Shown here in pieces: positions 13,627 through 26,295 of a stretch of 64,000 bases of DNA. Location of the stretch: the NCBI RefSeq assembly GCF_009914755.1, contig NC_060939.1. One strand, given 5' to 3'. Position 1 is the stretch's first letter, and every line of letters begins with the position of its first letter. The translations under genes and the position numbers were made by a program. The DNA is from the human T2T-CHM13v2.0 reference genome, Homo sapiens. A model generated the notes under the pieces. It did no database searches. It was not told where the DNA came from and worked only from the letters and a program-made list of their open reading frames with translations.

Positions 13627-15299
13627 GAATGCCTGATTCCTGAAATCACGCCATCATTCTAGGGGTGTCTGTCTTGGAGCCTGGACTGGGAGTCCTGGGC
13701 CTGAAAGCCTGAGAGATGGCAGTGTGGGAGAGGCCACTTTCTAGGCAATGGGGAGAGAAGGAACCATCTCTTGGGAACATCAGCTTCTTTTGGGACGCTC
13801 CGCTCTGGGCTGCCTGTCCCTAGCCTCCATGGGCCAGGCTGACTGTGGACCCATCTCTCAGAGTAGCAAGGATCCTAAGCTCTGAATACTCAACGTCATC
13901 ACTAGATTCCTGTTTAAAAAGTCTATTGAGCGGAAATATATGGAGTTGTGCTTTCTTAAGAAAAATCCAACATTTCTTCTAATGTTTGGTGAGGGAGCTG
14001 CTGAATGTGTCCTAGCACCTTGTGAACCCTGTGTCCTTGCCCCTCCATGTTCTGGAAGTCCTGGCTTTGCAAAGCCAAACAGGGGTCTTTGATAGCCAAT
14101 CACTCTTAGCTCAGATTCGCATGAAAGAACCTGGTTTTGCCCAATGCCACACCTCCAGCCTCTCCTCCACAATCCTCTGGAATGTAGAGCTCCAGCTCTG
14201 CCAAGACCCTCCCACACCAGAGCAGGCAGCATCCTCTGACCTGGCTCTATCAGCCCTCCCTCCCCTTCCCCCTGGTTCCCTCTTCCCTAGAGCACAGGAA
14301 CGCAGCGCCAAGGCTGGGGTTGTGGCACATCTTTCTCTCTCCTATTCCACAGTCTACCTTCCCTTCCTTCTCTCTTTCCAGCCCCCATATGAGAGCTAGT
14401 GAGCCAATGTATGGAAAAGCAATGCGGGTGGAGAAGTGAGAGAGGCTGGTGGGTCTGGGATAGTCAGGGAGGCCTTCCTGGAGGAGGAGACCCCAGGCTA
14501 GGCTTTAAAGGATGGATAGGTTTGGAAGCACAGAGAGGGAAGGACAAACTCTAGAACTCAGAGTTTAAGGATGGGTGTGGGGACCCTGGCTTAAGACTGT
14601 GGCATAGGGTGGAGGCCAGGGGTGTGCATGTGGAGCTGGGAGGGGACTGGCTAAGAGAAGTCTGGAAAGCCAAAGCCCAGATATTTTATTTGATGCAGAA
14701 CCCGGTGGTCCCTGGCTGCAACCGCTGTAGCTAAATAAAGCAGTCACTGTGATTTTGAAACCACAGTGGGCTTGTTCCACTGTGATGGCAACTAATTACG
14801 GATTGTAATTTGTCTAAACACAGGGAGGTGTTTTGACCTGAATAGTAATAATGTGACAGGCTTCCTTTGGTGTCTTCCTGCTGCTGGTCCACTAGCCAGG
14901 GGCACGTCTGCATGCCCGCCCTGCTGTGGATGCCCGGCCAGGACAAGGGGAAGCAGGGGCGATGTCCACCCTGGCACAGGGAATGGTCTTCTCTGGATCT
15001 TCAAGAGGCAGGCCCTGGCGGTGGTCAGAGCCACAGAGGGACTTGGGGTCCAATCCTTGTCTGTAAACTTGGGACCAACTGTACCGGGTTGTCATGGAGA
15101 TGAAACAATGTGGAGGGGAAGGCACCTGCGCGTGGTAGGTGCTGGATGCATGGGAGCTGTGACAACTGTCATTAGCACAGCTAAGGTGACTTCATTTTAC
15201 AGTGAGGAAACTGAGCCCCAAGGGGACCCTTGGCTGAAGTTCCGTAGTCACAGGCTTTGGGGCTTTCTGAGGACTCCCCTCAGCGTCCTCTCATCCATG

Positions 15300-15434
15300 C
15301 AGCTTCCAAACAGTATGAGTTTCCTCTCTCCATCTTGTCTGTAAGCCCTAAGAGAATGAGGCTGTGGCATAAAGTGCCGTGCCCTCTCCCTGCCCCAGCA
15401 TAGCCTAGCAGAGGTCCTAATAAATATTTCACAG
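15300..15434 (+). repeat. 135-bp direct repeat, copy 1
   Basis: matches 15818-15952 at 132/135 positions. Confidence 0.95.
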
Positions 15435-15817
15435 TCACTCAGAATCATCATGTGGACAAGTCACTTTGTCTCCCTGAGCCTCGGCTTCCTCATTTGTGAA
15501 ATGGGAATAATGACTGCCTATCTGATGGAGCAGTTGTGAAAATGAACATGCAGAATGTGCTTGGTAAGTGGTGGTTCCCCCCATTCCCCCACCACCATTG
15601 CAGTCCAACAATGCGGCTTCATCAAGAATCAAATCCAAGGAGAGGCCTTCAGGGATGTGTGCAACCATTTCCTCTGTGCCTGCAGGGAGAATGCTGGCCC
15701 AGCAGTGGAATATCCCAGGTGGATTCAAGGCCATGTCTGACCCTGATGATGTCCAGATATGAACTCTGAACCCTCCATGGGGGCTTGGTTTCTGTGCCTG
15801 ATCCAGTTCTCTCTTTA

Positions 15818-15952
15818 CAGCTTCCAAACAGTATGAGTTTCCTCTCTCCATCTTGTCTGTAAGCCCTAAGAGAATGGGGCTGTGGCATAAAGTGCCGTGC
15901 CCTCTCCCTGCCCCATAATAGCCTAGCAGAGGTCCTAATAAATATTTCACAG
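15818..15952 (+). repeat. 135-bp direct repeat, copy 2
   Basis: matches 15300-15434 at 132/135 positions. Confidence 0.95.
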
Positions 15953-16329
15953 GATCTGAGTGCAGAGTGCTCACTTTACAGCTGGAGAAGCTCTGAAAGG
16001 AACATGATGTTCCTGCAGAGCCCGGACTTATAGCCAGGTCTCCTGACCCACTCCACAGCTCTTTCTGCTGCCCTGTTGAGCTCACATCAGAGTTGTCCTC
16101 TGCCTAGAATTCTTCCCAACCCCTCTGCTTGTCTGGATCTCATGTAGCCTCTGGGCCTCAGCTGAGCTCTTACAGCCATGACTCCCAACCTTGACTTGGT
16201 TGAATCAATCCCCCTATGCTTCATTCTTACATCATCTGGGGCAGAGATTTCTGGTTCCTTCCTGACATCCATGATTACCTTCTTCTTTTGTAATAACTCC
16301 TGATTTAACGAGGAAGAAACATGTACAGT

Positions 16330-16686
16330 TAAAAGACCACATTTCACAGCCTTCCTGGCAGCTAGGACGTTGCTGAGTAAGCCTTCCAGGAAATTGAGAA
16401 GGAGTCAACTCCTTTTTTTCTCTTTGCATTTTGTTCTTTAGACCTTTCCTTCATTTTACCCAGAACACAAATGTGATGGCTGGAGCTACAGCACCTATTT
16501 TGGGCTTGTGTGCTAAGGATATGATTGCAGAAAGATAGGAAACCCTGAGGACTTTGTGGGAGCCATCGTTCCCACCCTGGGCTGCCCATTTCTAGACTTG
16601 TTTTATGGAAGAGATAAAGCCTTCATTTGTTTTCATCACTATAGTGGATTTCTGTTACTGGCAACCAAACCCAATCCCAGTTGATA
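16330..16686 (+). mobile_element. old MaLR LTR 3' part (MLT1-like)
   Basis: ends with 'gataaagccttcatttgttt...gatttctgttactggcaaccaaacccaatcccagttgata', typical of MLT1 3' termini. Confidence 0.5.
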
Positions 16687-17055
16687 GGGGACTCCTTGTA
16701 GTTCTGTCATAGTTCATGATAATTATGGTCAGAATCATTTAATGCCTCCCTCACTAAACTGTGTGCTCCGTGAGAGCAGGGACCCCATCTGCCTTGTTTA
16801 CTTCTGTATCCCCAGCAACCAAAACAGTGCCTGCCACTGTTAGTGCCAGTAAATGCTTAGTAAATCTTTTGGGGTGATTATATCCCAGTGAATACTTGGT
16901 GGTCTAGCAGAAGTCCTAAGGGATCATTTGAGGAAAAAGTGGCTCTGATAGTGGCCTTCATACTAATTGTGACAGGCTGCCCCAGCTGCTAGCAACTACC
17001 TTTCCTTTCCTGGTAAGTTGGCTCCTCGATATCATCATTTAAAAATCAAATTTTT

Positions 17056-17367
17056 GATGGAGTGTGGTGGCTCATGCCTATAATCCCAACACTTTGGGAA
17101 GCCGAGGTGGGAGGATCACTTGAGGCCGGGAGTTTGAGACCAGCCTAGGCAACATAGTGAGACCTTGTCTCTTATTAAAAAAAAATCAGCTGGGCATGGT
17201 GGCATGTGCCTATAGTCCCAGCTACTTGGGAGGCTGAGGTGGCAGGATTGTTTGAACCCAGGAGTTGGAAGCTATCGTGAGCTGTGATTGTGCCACTGCC
17301 CTCCAATCTGGGCAACAGAGAGAGAGACCCTATCATACACAAAAAATAAAATAAAATAAAAATAAAA
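17056..17367 (+). mobile_element. Alu (AluJ-type)
   Basis: 'gaggtgggaggatcacttgaggccgggagtttgagaccagcctaggcaacatagtgagacc' J-type features; A-rich tail. Confidence 0.93.
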
Positions 17368-20300
17368 TTTAAAAAACAGAATTTTAATTTTTTCCAATAT
17401 GAAAGTCTCTTTCAGGATATTCTTTTATAACCTCACTACCTATAATAGCTGCTTAAAAATACACAAAGAACAAGTAGAACACACAGGAAAACCAACTTTT
17501 TTCTTTTCACTCTCAGTTCTATGCAGTTGCTTTTTTCACATAGGCCCACATAAAAACTTGCATCAACCCCCACTCTAATATCATACTAGAATTTTCCCAC
17601 TTATTAAAAAGTTGGACTGAGTGATAATTTTTAGTGGAGAGACTGCAACTTGTTTCCCATCGAGGAGAATTACTTGGCCTGTTCCCTCTTCATTTTGTAC
17701 TTTTTGTTTGAACGATGCTATCATGAACCTCTCTTTGTGCCCAAAGCTTTTTCTGTACTTAGGATTATTTTCTTAGATAGATTCTCAAAGTGGAATTATT
17801 TGATCAAGGGAGGTATACATGTTCCAGTGTCATTTTGCAAAACAGGAATCAATGCACAATTAAGGGAATCTTAAGGGAGAGACCCACTCATTTTTTCTTT
17901 TTCTTTGGGCTCAGTTGCCCTAGCTGTAAAACTGAGCAGGTCCAAACATAGAGAGCTCTAGCTTCCCTTACAGGTTCGAAGTTCTGCTGATGGTTCAGGA
18001 ATGAGGCTTCTGAGATCTTTCAGGGCACAAAGTCGTAAGACGACCTGGGTTTGTCAGCCATTGCCTCTGGTTCACCCTCTTAAAAGCTGACCTTCACCAT
18101 GGGGAAGTGGGTCATTGGAGCCTCCAAGCTGTCTTCCTGTGTTTTCCTCACAATAATACTCCTTCCCCAGCTGCCAGCAAGCTTATGCTCTAGTGCAACC
18201 CTAACCCTTCCAGAGAGGGTGGAAAGCTTCATATCCTAGAGTCTGAGGGATGTGAAGTTGGGGATTCACCTTTGAAAGCAGTAGCAAGAAGAGGGCAATG
18301 CTTAACCCAAAGGGACACCTTGAAACTAGAACATCAGACCCCACTGCAGGCCACTGAGGGACCTCAGCCCACATGGCACGTAAACTACTCGTGCACAGCT
18401 GAAGATACCATTTATGCTCTGTGGCGAGGCTTCTCGGCCTTCTCCTCCGTAAGATCATATTACTGTACTTATTTTCATCTCAGTGACCTGCCAGACTGTG
18501 AGCTCCTTGAGGACAGTGATTCCTCTGATGTGTCTGCATCTGAGACACAGCAGGTGCTCACTACTTATTTTAAGTGAGCAAGAGAAGGGAGATGCCCCGA
18601 TGTGATGGGAAGAATTCATGGCGAGATGGGGAGGAGAGCCAGAGCTCAGACAGGAAAGAGTGGGAGGGAACAGCTGACGGTGGGAAAAGTCCTGGGATGC
18701 TCCTTTCTCTGATTCAAGACAACATAAACTGAACCAACTCCCAGTCCCTGCAGCCTGGCCCTTCTTGTGTGTGCAGCTTGTAGGCCCTGAGGTGGATGTT
18801 TAGGGAATGAGTCCTCAAAGCATATACGTTGGCAAGGGTGGCAGAGCGCTGTGGGAGAAGGAGAAGCATGTGCAGAAAGAGGAGGCCAGGGGACCTTATG
18901 GCTCCTTTGTCCATCCACAAAGCATTAGTTTATTTATTCACTCATTTTTTCATCCAATATTTTTTAGCATCTGCTATGTATTATGTTCTGTGTTAGGTGC
19001 TGGGTGTTCAAGGAGGTAAATGAGAGCTGTGGTCCCTGCAAAGGCCAAGAGCACTCTGAGGAAACATCAGTACCTGGGGAGGCAGTGTGTGGTACCCAGC
19101 GGAGTGTGTGATGGGTGATGGGCATGGGCGGAACACTCACACAGAAGTGGCAGCGTGCCACAGGGGTGGCTGCAGGGGTGGCCATGCCTGGGGAAACGCG
19201 ACTGCCTGGTTTGTCAGTGGGCCCTGTAGGACAGCAGTGAGGCACCTCCCAGGCAGCTCTGCAAGTGGCACTCCAAAGGAGAGCTGGAGAATAGAGGAGG
19301 GAAAAATGGGAATTCCTTGAGTCATAATTGGGTAGAGCTTTAGAAGGGGTTGAAGGTCATAAGTGGGAAACATGAGCCTAGAAAATATTGCTTACACATG
19401 AAAAAATGGCAGGCAGGATCAAACAGCAAATTGCAACCTGACATGCATGCTAGGGTCATGTCTGTGAAAATTCTACCTTTGGGAGGTAATGTGCCAAAAG
19501 AAAAAAAAAAAAGAGACAAGAGAGAAGACTGTTGATTGAATGATGGGGGTAAGCTTATGGGTGATTTGTTAGATGGTTTTAAATGTTTAATCTTATTATG
19601 TAGTAGCTATAATCTTATCATTACAGTAGTAATACTAAAATTGAGGAGTAGAACAATGATAGAGTTTGGGGGGATGAGAGATGTTTTCTTGAGATTCATT
19701 TCACATAGTAAAAGAAAACCCAATAAAAGTAAGATGGAATGAATCCCCTCTACGTCTTCTTCTGTGACTGGGTCAGGCAGCTGTGAGCAGCTAAGAGAAG
19801 CCCTGATCTTACAGGTGATTCAGCTCCACTTCCACTTCTTTTTGGGACTCACTGGGGATTATTTGTTTCTCTTAATGGGCAACAATTAGCTAATACCCCA
19901 CCACTACAAGCAAAGTAAAAACTGGGCCTGTGTTAACAGTTCTCTTTTTGATGGGGTCATTGGTGTAACAGATAACTTCTAGCTGCATTAGGACTGGTAG
20001 CACATCAACATTGCCTCTCTGTTGTGAAAGGAAAATAGAAACGGCTAAGTCAACCATATATAAAGGCTTATATTTGCTCTTCAAAAGTTTTTTTTTTTTT
20101 TCAACATATCTTTGCTGGGGTTGGGCCATAGCTTGATGGGTATTTGTTGAATGACTAATTATTGACTTATAGGCTAACAGCCTCCTTTGAAGTAGGCTGA
20201 GCAAACAAACCATTAAGTGGAACATGGTGTCTAGGTTACACAGCTCACTCATCTGCTAATCACTGGGGCACACTGCTGTTATTATTACCTGAGACCCTGA

Positions 20301-20444
20301 AAGGAAGCACTAAAGAAATGAAGACAGAGGAATACCAGGAGAGAAAGGAGGTCCAGTTAGACCTAAAGGTGGGCAAGAAGAAGAAGAAGAGGTGAGATCC
20401 TCAGTATTGAACAAGTACAGTGCAGCACATAGGTGATGTCTTAA

Positions 20445-21330
20445 TAGGGGTCTTGGTCAATAATTATTTGGTTGCAAGAAATAGAAGTATTATAAATTTA
20501 ACTCTCAGTAATAACAATGATTTCGTTGGAAGGCTATGAGGAATCTCACCGACTTCAAGGGCAGGGATGACAACCAGACCCGTGAGAGGCTCAGAGACTT
20601 TCCTAGCTTCTTGCCTGTGTTTCTCTGGGTGTTTTTTTTTTTTTTTTTTTTCATCTCAGCTTATCTCAGTAGCTTTGTTTCATTCTTTTCTCTGCAGACT
20701 GGCTTTCTCTGTTTTGCCTTTTCTTTTTCTCCTTCTTTCTTTCCTTCCTTCTCTCTCTCTTTCTTTCTTTTTTTTTTTTTTTTTTTTTTTTTGACAGAGT
20801 TTTGCTCTTGTTGCCCAGGCTGGAGTGCAATGGCACAATCTTGGCTCAGCGCAACCTCTGTCTCGTGGGTTCCAAGCGATTCTCCTGCCTCAGCCTCCGG
20901 AGTAGCTGGGATTACAGGCATGCACTACCATGCCCGGCTAATTTTGTATTTTTGGTAGAGACGGAGTTTCTCCATGCTGGTAAGGCTGGTCTCGAACTCC
21001 CGACCTCAGGTGATCCACCCGTTTGGGCCTCCCAAAGTGCTGGGACTGCAGGCATGAGCCACCACACCCGGCTGTTCTGCCTTTTCTAGGTTTTAACTTG
21101 TTCACTTAAACTTGGACATGATCTCTCAGGTTATGGGCCCAATACCAAGAATCTAAGTGCAGAGACCCAGGAGACAGAATCTGATTGGTCAATGGCTAGC
21201 CAATGGGGTGCCTCCCCTCAGTCAGGAGTCCATTGCTGTTCCAACAGCTGCAGCCAGGGAGAGGTACGTGAATGTGGATAAACATGGTGGCAGGGACAGT
21301 TCCTGTGGGTGGTCAGAAAAGGAGGCACTG
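20445..21330 (-). mobile_element. old MaLR LTR (MLT1K/L/N-like) split by AluSp
   Basis: 'ttatttggttgcaagaaatagaa...actctcag' before and 'gagacagaatctgattggtc...ggtgcctcccctcagtcagg' after the Alu. Confidence 0.45.
20725..21073 (-). mobile_element. AluSp-like with pyrimidine-expanded tail
   Basis: 'ttgctcttgttgcccagg', 'gtttctccatg', 'ctcccgacctcagg'; TSD gttttgccttttct (20711-20724) / gttctgccttttct (21074-21087). Confidence 0.95.
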
Positions 21331-22619
21331 ACTGAGCAGGCAGCACATTGGCTAACATGTCTGCTGTGGGGAAAACTGGAATGACTTGGCTGTTGGATAA
21401 AATACTCAACCACATGTAGAAAATGCCCACCATGTATTTTTAAAAATGAATAGCTTCTGAAGGTTGGAGTCCAGGCTGCCATAAGGGTCTACATAACACT
21501 TGATTTCCAAGGAGTTTCCCCCTCGTTTTCCAAGTCTTTGGAGAGAGCAGTTAGTAGAAAATGTTAATGGCCAATTTTAGCAAATGACCATTTTGGTACT
21601 CCCAGGCCACTAGGGCTGGCTAGAGCTAATTTTTAGAATGCCCCCTTGATGATCCTGGCAACTTGTTTAATATTGACCTGGAGACACGGCATGGGCCCAG
21701 ATCCAAATGTACTGCTAAGCCTACATTTGCTGTACTTGTGGGCAAGGAAAAGCCACCCCAATTACTCCATGTGGATTTCTCGTCTCAGAATATTCCATGG
21801 CTTGTCTGGTCTCACTGCAGAACTGCGGGGTGTGGTTGGGCAGGTTGCACACGACTGTGCTCATGACTCCCCTTAGACTCACACGGGAGCCTTGATTCCA
21901 CGCTGGTTGCACGGTTTCATTTCTGTGCCTCCAGGTTCTCCCTCTGGACTGTGAGCTCTGGGATGCAAGAGATGCGACTTCCTCTTCTATTGCTTGCCCA
22001 AGGGGCTTGTGTAGGCCTGGCCACTCGTTTCTCTCCCCGTTCCTTCTGTCCCTCCGAGAAGACACTCAGACCCTGCCACCCATCCTCACACCGGATGTGA
22101 ATGGAGGTCACTGCAGTCCCTCTCCTGGGCTACGCTTTAGGGCCCACTCTCATGGTGGCAGAGTCAATGTTGGCATCTGTTAAAGGGACCTCAGCCCAGT
22201 GGGCAGGGAGAGTGCTTTCCTGCAGAGCGGGTTGTGCTCAGTTGTGAACTCACAGCCAGCGCTGGTGAGACAAGCTCCAAGGCAGAGGCTAGTTTTCTCG
22301 GTCTTCCTCATGAACACGTGGTGGCTGCATTAGCTTATCCACAGGGTCCTCCTACTCTAAGCTTCTGGTCCCAATCAGTAAGCGACTGGCCCCTACTAGA
22401 CCCCCACCTACTGGGTATTTGACTGATGGATGGAGTCACCATCTGTCTGCTTGGGCACCTGGAGCCCCTGAGCTCCAGTCCCTGCAAGCCTTTCCCTGCA
22501 GAGCCCAACCGCAGGGTTTGGCTGATAGCCTGGAACTGCCTCACCATCATTTTTCACTGGCCCCACCCCAAAGGACAGCCTCCCCAAGTAACCTTTTTCA
22601 ATTGCTCCAACTTCCCTGG

Positions 22620-22980
22620 AGTGTTGACTTAGCCAGAGAGCACGCTCCCTCTCTAACCTCGGTGTGTTTGCTCAGCGGAGGAGCGGGCATTAGGTCCGCT
22701 TGACTCCATGAGCACACAGGTTCCTCTGTCTTTACAGGAGCGTCCCACGGAGGGGGTGCGGCGGGGGGCAGGGGAGACTGAGGAGGGAGGCGCAGCTTCC
22801 TGTTCTGCTGCCGGTTATCACAGGCTGTTCTAATGCTGCTCAAACAATATTGAGAATAACCCCGGCTCAATAGCACCAGTGTTAGGCTGCAAAGTCAATA
22901 TTGGCTGAGCAAACACAGCAAATAAGGAGTTGCTATTTGCGTAGCTATGAGTACTTGTGTGCTCCGGCTGCCTCGACAGG
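22620..22980. promoter_or_regulatory. candidate enhancer (forkhead-motif cluster, CpG-enriched, apparently unique sequence)
   Basis: TGTTGAC 22622, TGTTTGC 22665, GCAAACA 22909, GCAAATA 22918, TATTTGC 22934, AAGTCAATA 22892, about 15 CpGs in ~340 bp. Confidence 0.45.
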
Positions 22981-23048
22981 GCCCTTGGAAATGAATGGGA
23001 AGGAGGAGGGTGTCTGGAGGTGGAGTGGGTTCCTGAGAGGGGATAGGC

Positions 23049-23276
23049 CAGGGTTTCTCACCTTGGCATTGTTAACAATTGGGGCCGGATGGTTCTTTGT
23101 TGTGGGGGAATATCCTCTGCGTTGTAGGATGTTTAGCAGCAGCCCTGGCCTCTGCCCTCTAGATGCCAGTAGCACCCGCTCCTGATTGTCCGGAGAAACC
23201 AAAATGTCTCTTGACATTGCCACATGTCCCCTGGGAAAGGACAGAGGGCAAAACCTCCCCCTGCTGAGACACACTA
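23049..23276 (+). mobile_element. MER20 (hAT-Charlie non-autonomous DNA transposon)
   Basis: 'cagggtttctcaccttggca...ggatgtttagcagcagccctggcctctgccctctagatgccagtagcacc...ccaaaatgtctcttgacattgcca'; degenerate 8-bp TSD ggataggc/ggctaggt. Confidence 0.9.
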
Positions 23277-25588
23277 GGCTAGGTGCAGGACAAGGCTGAG
23301 GAGCAGACGGGCTAGAAAAGAGAGAAGGGCTGGGAGGGGCTCACTATGCCTCTTTGACCCTCCTGCTTTCCAGCTGGGGCTCTCCCCAGTCTCTTGTGAG
23401 TGCCAAGAAAAGCCAGCCTTTTTAAGAACTAGATGCAATGTACAAGTGCCTCTTCGATAGAAGAGCCTTTTCAGCTGCTGGCTGGATGTCCGTGGCCACC
23501 TGCTTACCCTTGCCCTGTCTTGGAACTCACTCCTGTTCTCCACCCCGAGAAAGAGAGAGGTGGTGAGATGCTCAGATAATTTATGTCTGTCTCTCTCTTG
23601 TAGAATTTCTGGCATGTTTTGCCCTGGCCGGTGACCTTCTCAGTCAGACATGCCTATTTATAACAATCTGTCCCTGGCTCTACTTCCTCCCCTTTGCCAC
23701 AAGGGATTGGCTCGTGCATTCTTGAATGCTGCAAGTGGCCAAGGCTGGGCCTGTGGGAGGGCATGGGGCAGGGAGGGGAGCCAGGCACGCTGGCCAGAGG
23801 GCCTCCCTGGGGACAGGCTGCACCAGCTCAGTTCTCCTTCAGGCTCTGCAGGGTCACATCCAGGTTCACCTTTGGTCCGCTACTGGGAGGGCGATAGAGA
23901 GAGCGCTTATAGCCTGGTGAAGGCCAGGGCTGCCTCAGGGGCTGTCTGTGCCATAGTCACCAGTCCTCATTGCTGGGCCATAGCTGGAGCAGAAAGACGC
24001 CCAGAGAGGCTGTGCTGAGGGGCTCCGAACACATCTTGATGCCTGGAGACTTCTCCTCCAGGCCGGGCTGCCACGGCTCCCAGGTTGGGGTGGATTAGGA
24101 ATGAAAAGAATGACAATGACCATAAATGAGCATTAGACACTGCTCCTTTTTGAATGTTGATCCTTTTGGTTGTGGTGGGAGTGAAGGGAAGCCCGTACTT
24201 GGAGCAGAAGGGGAGCCCGTACTTAGGCAGCTGTGATGATGTGGGGGTCATGATTGCCATACCATTGGCCTTGGCTTCAGAAAGTGGCATCTTGGGAGGA
24301 AGGAAAACTCCTGGATCTCCAGACGTTGAGAAGGAAAGAGCAGGCAGGCAGAAGAGAACCGGGCAGCCTAGGCGTGAAGCAGCTGCAGGAAGGTGGACAG
24401 CTGTGATTTTTTTTTCCTTTTTTTCAAAGTTAGCACACACCTTATGCACCACTCTATTTGGCCTCTCTCCTTCCCTCCTTCCTTTGACAGAGGAGGAGAA
24501 GACATTTGAGAAACCTACCGCATGCGACTCCTTCCTAAAGGTACTTGCACAAGAATGTTTCACAGAGCAATGGAAGCCTTTCAAAACTTGTCAGAACCAT
24601 TGCCTGATTTCTTTAGAGACTTGGCAGGGGGCAGGTTGGCATGATTAGACTCAAGCCCCAAAGATGGAAGCATTCCTGAAGCAGTCATCCTGATTGTGGG
24701 GCCACCTGGGGAAACAGGGATCCCTCCCTCCAAAGCTGATTCTGCATTTGGAGTGTCGGGGAGGGCCTCGGGGTCTGGCCCACCCCAGCTGGAGCCCCCC
24801 TGCTGTTGCCTTATCCTGGTGGCCCGCTTCCCAGCTCCCTGCAGGTGTATTTTCCTTTCTGCTTGGAAGATGGGTGATGTGGGCTGTGGTTGTGGAGAAA
24901 GAAGCCTCGGTGTTAGCAATGGGGATGGAGAGGTCCATCAGCTGGCTTCGGTCTCACCTCTCTGGCATCCTGGGATCTTGTGTCAGACTTCATTTGAAGA
25001 GTGGCTTCTGCTCTTAAAAAAAGAAAAGTTGAAGCTATAGTAGAAAACAGCGTGACTTTCAAGCCAGGGGTAACTGAGTTCCCACCCCTGTTCTTTCACT
25101 TACTGGACACATTCACAAGAGTGGATGTCACCCTTCTGAGTGTCACTTGTCCCACCCGCAACATGGGAACAGTAACATTCAGCCTCTAGGGCTGAAGCAA
25201 GGATAAAATGAGACTGCATGTGTGTGTGGTGACAGTGCCATGCTCAATGCCATAGACACTTGGGAAATGGAAGCCCTTGATTCCTTTGCCTTCCCCTCTA
25301 GATCCTGCTCAGCTTCCCAGGCCAGCCCAGGTTGAGGCGCTGCCAGGTGGTCCCTTGGGACCTTGCTTCTGAAGCCCCCCAGTGATCTCTTCTCTCTTTG
25401 AGAGAAGGAGAGTGATAGAAAGAACACCTGCAGTGGACTCAAAAGACCTGGCTTTAAATGCCGACTCAGCAACTTAGTAGCTGTAAGGCATCAGGCCAGT
25501 GACCTAACCTCTCTGAACTTTGGTTTTCTCATCTGGATAATGGGCCTGATGATACTTTCCTCCGAGGTGCCAGTAAGTCAGGAGAAGG

Positions 25589-25810
25589 CAGTGCTTCAGA
25601 AATGTGGGTCTAGTTATGAAGCCCCCTTTGGGGTTTGTTTAAAGTGCAGGTTGCTTATGTTCACTACTCGAAGCTTCTGATGCAGTTGGTCTGGGGTGGA
25701 GCCCAGGAATCTGCTTTATAAATAAGCCAGCAGGTGGCTGGGATGCAGGTGGCCCACCAAGAAAAAATATAGAGTGTGTGATCCCAGTGTCCTGGGTGCT
25801 CTCCAGACCG
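25589..25810. mobile_element. MER5A-like DNA transposon
   Basis: 'cagtgcttcagaaatgtggg...ttctgatgcagttggtctggggtggagcccaggaatctgcttt'. Confidence 0.65.
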
Positions 25811-26295
25811 TGTCTGCAGGGGAGGCCCCCACATAGCACAAACACACCCTATCTGTCTCTCCAGCAGCTCAAGCAGGACCACCAGGAAAGTCTTCTCAAT
25901 TGCCTCTGAGATTCCCCCCAAATGCCACCTCATGCTGCAGTCGCCACATGGGCCTGTCCAGTTCTCGCTATGTTAACATAGGCGAGAACATGGACAGTTA
26001 ATCCATGAGGTGAGTTCAGAAATCCAGCAGTCTGAAGGTGTAAAGTGGAGGGAGATGAAGAGAGAGGGGTGGGCAGGGAGCAAGTCCTGAAATCTGAGCT
26101 GAGGATAGGTCTGGACTTTTCCTCCATGATCAGGAGCCATCAAAGGTGTGAAGCAGGAGAAAGACCACTTTGGTGGACCTATGGGGGATGCACCAGAGGA
26201 GGCAAGGCTGGAATCAGGACCCCCTTATGAGGAGGTTGTAGTGGATGGGGATAGAAGCCAGGTAGGGCTAATGAGAAGGGAGAAAGTGGATGGAT

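Noticed and set aside
23967-24648. Overlapping 205-aa (-) and 164-aa (+) ORFs in unique DNA
   Set aside because: No recognisable homology or convincing exon boundaries; the lengths are attainable by chance at this GC content
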